50,820 nt of DNA, from positions 1 to 50,820 of the forward strand of contig CAYQCW010000012.1 of assembly GCA_964416155.1 (NCBI GenBank), written 5' to 3'. Below are positions 47,896 through 50,820 of the stretch, one piece after another. Source of the stretch: an uncultured Nitrososphaerota archaeon (GTDB taxonomy: Archaea; Thermoproteota; EX4484-205; JAAOZP01). How positions within the stretch are numbered: the stretch's first letter is position 1; every line of letters starts with the position of its first letter. Under the pieces are notes generated by a model. That model worked only from the letters and a program-made list of their open reading frames with translations, made no database searches and was not told the origin of the DNA. Made by a program: the position numbers and the translations under genes.

Positions 47896-47996
47896 GAATC
47901 CCGATAAAGAGAATTGAAAGCAAGAAGTTGACGAGTAGCGCACGCTAAAGCATTATTATAGAGATGTTTAACGCCTTCTCTAAACGAATTGAATAA
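47896..47996 (+). CRISPR. Solitary CRISPR repeat A plus ~50-nt spacer and degenerate repeat end
   Basis: GAATCCCGATAAAGAGAATTGAAAG (47896-47920), 24/25 identical to the repeat at the window end; TAAACGAATTGAATA at ~47981-47995; TATAAG upstream. Confidence 0.7.
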
Positions 47997-47997
47997 G

Positions 47998-48152
47998 TGG
48001 GCCCGGAGGGATTTGAACCCCCAACCTACGGGTTTCTCAGATAGATTTCTACATTTCTATTCTTATGAGCCCGCCGCTCTAACCTGGTTGCTCTTTAAGC
48101 ACTAGACTCGCGCCGCGCGCGAATCTAATACTTAAATTTAAGCTACGGGCCC
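47998..48152 (-). tRNA. tRNA-Ile(CAU) with two introns (15/16: 48088-48137; 37/38: 48034-48063)
   Basis: Spliced 75-nt cloverleaf; GGGCCCG acceptor stem typical of archaeal Ile rather than Met tRNAs; BHB-type motifs at both introns. Confidence 0.88.
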
Positions 48153-48426
48153 ACGTTTTTCTGGACTTGATGGGTAAATAAAAAGTTTTCTCTCGACGTA
48201 TTTAAGGCAGTGCCCCTGCCCATGCGGAAGTATTCCTCTGCGCCGGCATATGTCTTCGCCTGTTTGTCCCCGCCAAAAAGGTACATGCCAGTCATGCTTA
48301 AAAGCGTGATTTCACCACCACAATATAAGGGATGGATCCTAAACTTTGGAAGCGCCCCGCGGATTCTATAGAATACCTTCGCGCGTTAGTCAAATGCATT
48401 ACTAGAATAGACATAAATATTTAAAA

Positions 48427-48548
48427 CGCCGAGGAGGGGATTTGAACCCCTAAGGCCCTCAAGGGGCCACAAGCTTTCAAGACCTTTCCCTTCTCCAGGC
48501 TTGCCCCTTAACCATTTCATATTTTTAGCCGGATTCGGGCACCTCGGC
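48427..48548 (-). tRNA. tRNA-Ser(GGA) with two 17-nt introns (D-arm ~48508-48524; 37/38: 48476-48492)
   Basis: Spliced 88-nt cloverleaf, long variable arm, G73 discriminator, GCCGAGG/CCTCGGC acceptor stem. Confidence 0.88.
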
Positions 48549-48972
48549 TTCATACATCATTATGAAGAGGTCTTTTTAAGTTTTGCGAACTAATTAGTTA
48601 GCACATACTCAGGTAGTGCACTATTGATAAATTTGCAATTAATTCCACTGGAGGGAAAGGCTACGGGAACAGGTGAAAACTCTTCCAGAAAATACGGCCA
48701 CATTATTGCACTGAGTTGTCGAATCCGTCGATGCGATGATAGCTAAGCGCGTTAATTTAGAGCCCTCGGGAAGATATCTGCAACAAGATCCTAGGTTTAA
48801 AAAAGCCTCAACTGTAAAAAAGCGTCGCACGGCTTGGAATAGGACCGGTACGTTTCTCGATCAAACATCTTTTAAAGCTTTCAAGCTCAGATTCTAAAAT
48901 ATCCTGATTCAAGAAGTGTTGCGATGCTGCCCTTGGGCATCTTCGCGGAGTGAAAAGCCGTAAGTCTGGGGC

Positions 48973-50211
48973 TCAGGCTGATCGAATACCCTGCTCCGCC
49001 TGTTCTAAGGCTCTTCGTAGAGGTCTGACGCCTCTCGCTGCAAGCGTGTACGATAAGGGTGATAAGAGCAGCACTAGCGATGAGAGCAGTATGGCGTGCT
49101 TCACGGTCCCCGTAATGGCGATCAAGTAGCCCGTTATAATGGAAGAGGTTATGCCTGAAAGAAACACCGCGACCATGTACGCTGAACTCGCTCCGGACAA
49201 CTGCGACGGCGGCACAAGGTCTCCCAGTATGGACCATAAGACGGGTGTAGCACTCCTCCAGAAGAGGAGTGAGACTGACACTAGCCACGCTGCCACATGC
49301 GACGACGGTGCGAGTAGGGTAAGCAGTAGTAGCAAGGCTGATGGCACCATCCCAGCGTAAAGCACGCGGAGCTTCCTTTCCACGCCGCTGGCCCTGTCGA
49401 TGTACCTTCCGTTGAAGAGCTCCCAGACGCTCGCCACAGCAGTGGCAAGAATCATGTATGCTGCTATCAGACCGTAGCTCAGCCCTATGTCTCGCGTTAG
49501 GAACGTTGAGAGCCAGCTCATAGCAAAGTTCCACGTATATATCGCTGCGAAGTGTCCGAGAGAAAGGAAGATCATAATCCAGCGGAGGCGCTCGCTCAAT
49601 CCACTGGTCTCACCATGGTTCTCAGCGTTCTCAACACCCCTGCCTCCTACTCCAATGCTGAAGCTACTGCAGCCCCTAAACACTACCAGCAAAGGACATA
49701 GGTAGGCTAGTCCCAGCAAACCGGTTACTAGCGTAGCCAGCCTCCACTCCTCAGCTGTCAGCGAGAGGAACACGTATGATAGCACCAGGCCGTGCATAGA
49801 GCCCATGCTATAGACCGCTGTAACGAACCCCAGCCGTCCGCCGGCATATGTCGTAACCAGCATGGCGCAGAGGGGCCAGATGAACGGTGCGACGAGAGCC
49901 CCCCAGACCCTCGCGATATTAAGCACCGTGAAGTTCCAGGAGATAGCTGTCAATATGGTTGAGAGCGATAGGTTCGCGAGCGTGAATACAAAGGCCTTTG
50001 GAACCGTGAGCCTACGAGTAAGCCCACTAAGGGCGAAGGACGCCACGGCTGAGACGATGACCCAGAACGCGAAAAGGTAGCCCATCAAGTCGTAGTCGAT
50101 CCCGAAATCGCGTATCACCAATGGGAGCGCAGTACCCAGGATAGTGGCCTGAAGCATCGTAACTGTGGTAAATCCTAGACACGCCAACGCAATCACGTAA
50201 ACATGATCCAT
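48973..50211 (-). CDS. MFS transporter
   Basis: 412 aa, about 12 hydrophobic segments, LPLVIRDFGI, GRYIDR motif-A-like loop. Confidence 0.88.
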   Translation of the reverse strand: MDHVYVIALACLGFTTVTMLQATILGTALPLVIRDFGIDYDLMGYLFAFWVIVSAVASFALSGLTRRLTVPKAFVFTLANLSLSTILTAISWNFTVLNIARVWGALVAPFIWPLCAMLVTTYAGGRLGFVTAVYSMGSMHGLVLSYVFLSLTAEEWRLATLVTGLLGLAYLCPLLVVFRGCSSFSIGVGGRGVENAENHGETSGLSERLRWIMIFLSLGHFAAIYTWNFAMSWLSTFLTRDIGLSYGLIAAYMILATAVASVWELFNGRYIDRASGVERKLRVLYAGMVPSALLLLLTLLAPSSHVAAWLVSVSLLFWRSATPVLWSILGDLVPPSQLSGASSAYMVAVFLSGITSSIITGYLIAITGTVKHAILLSSLVLLLSPLSYTLAARGVRPLRRALEQAEQGIRSA

Positions 50212-50245
50212 CCGGAAACAACGGCTAGGCGTCTAGGGTTCTAAT

Positions 50246-50662
50246 TTAAACTTTTACTATAAGCTTTCTTTCTCTAATAACACGATACAACATGCAAGCC
50301 ATGTTTGCCGCGTCCATACCCGGAAGCCAGCTTCTGAATTCGGAGTAGGCTTTTGGTTCAAACCAAGATCCATCCTCGGTCCTTAAGCCATAACTAGTAA
50401 GAAGTTCAAGCTCCGTACTTTCTCAACCGGGATCATCGTTCATCCAGGCTTCACCGTTCTTGCTGCCCCAGGGTAACGCGGGCAGGGTAAACCTGACAGC
50501 GGCACCGCTAGGGTAGAAATCCGACCAAGCATAGTCGAAATCACCATCATCGTAGGTGAGCTCGAGAGGGAAAGCGTAAACCTTCAGAGAGTTCAAGAGA
50601 AGGATTGACAATAAAGCTAGGGGCCAGAAAAGGCATAACACGTCTAACCATAGCTGGAGCAA
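50246..50662 (-). pseudogene. Disrupted secreted protein
   Basis: Signal peptide + ELTYDDG; in-frame TGA at 50423-50425, then 58 more open codons. Confidence 0.4.
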
Positions 50663-50795
50663 TAAGGGTTAAGGTTTAAATAAGTTTTTCGAACACCCGC
50701 ATATCCTCATCCAGATAAGCATGAATCAAGACATTTTTTAAGCATCAATGTTGCAGAATCCTTATAAAGCACCGTTAACGTCAGCCAAATGTATT

Positions 50796-50820
50796 CTTTC
50801 AATTCTCTTTATCGAGATTC
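50796..50820 (-). CRISPR. CRISPR repeat at the window edge (array probably continues beyond)
   Basis: GAATCTCGATAAAGAGAATTGAAAG; the window ends exactly at the repeat's first base. Confidence 0.7.

Noticed and set aside
50423-50425. In-frame TGA as selenocysteine or readthrough
   Set aside because: No redox motif or SECIS seen; a pseudogene is the simpler explanation.

Overview
Core chromosomal segment of a probably thermophilic archaeon (TACK/Thermoproteota-like; lineage inferred only from gene content). From left to right it contains: the 5' end of a secreted surface protein; a KaiC/RAD55-like ATPase; a membrane-anchored wHTH regulator; a complete archaeal aromatic amino acid operon (ask-asd-aroA'-aroB'-aroD-aroE-aroK-aroA-aroC-pheA); cimA; rpl15e; ychF; a large translation/transcription supercluster (ribosomal proteins, RNAP subunits, aIF2-gamma, aIF5B, KEOPS, SerRS, GluRS, mvk, fni) with an inserted thr operon, serB and adk; two tRNA genes with two introns each; solitary CRISPR repeats; and an MFS transporter. 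Best leads: (1) a Phe/Tyr-rich leader peptide plus an SD-sequestering hairpin in front of the aro operon (candidate archaeal ribosome-mediated attenuator); (2) an apparently intron-split rpl15e with BHB-like junctions; (3) two back-to-back mini-CRISPR units of different repeat types with partly complementary spacers; (4) apparent ACG and TTA start codons in rpl24e and rpo7; (5) a catalytically degenerate aspartate kinase paralog. All calls were made by eye, with no database search.
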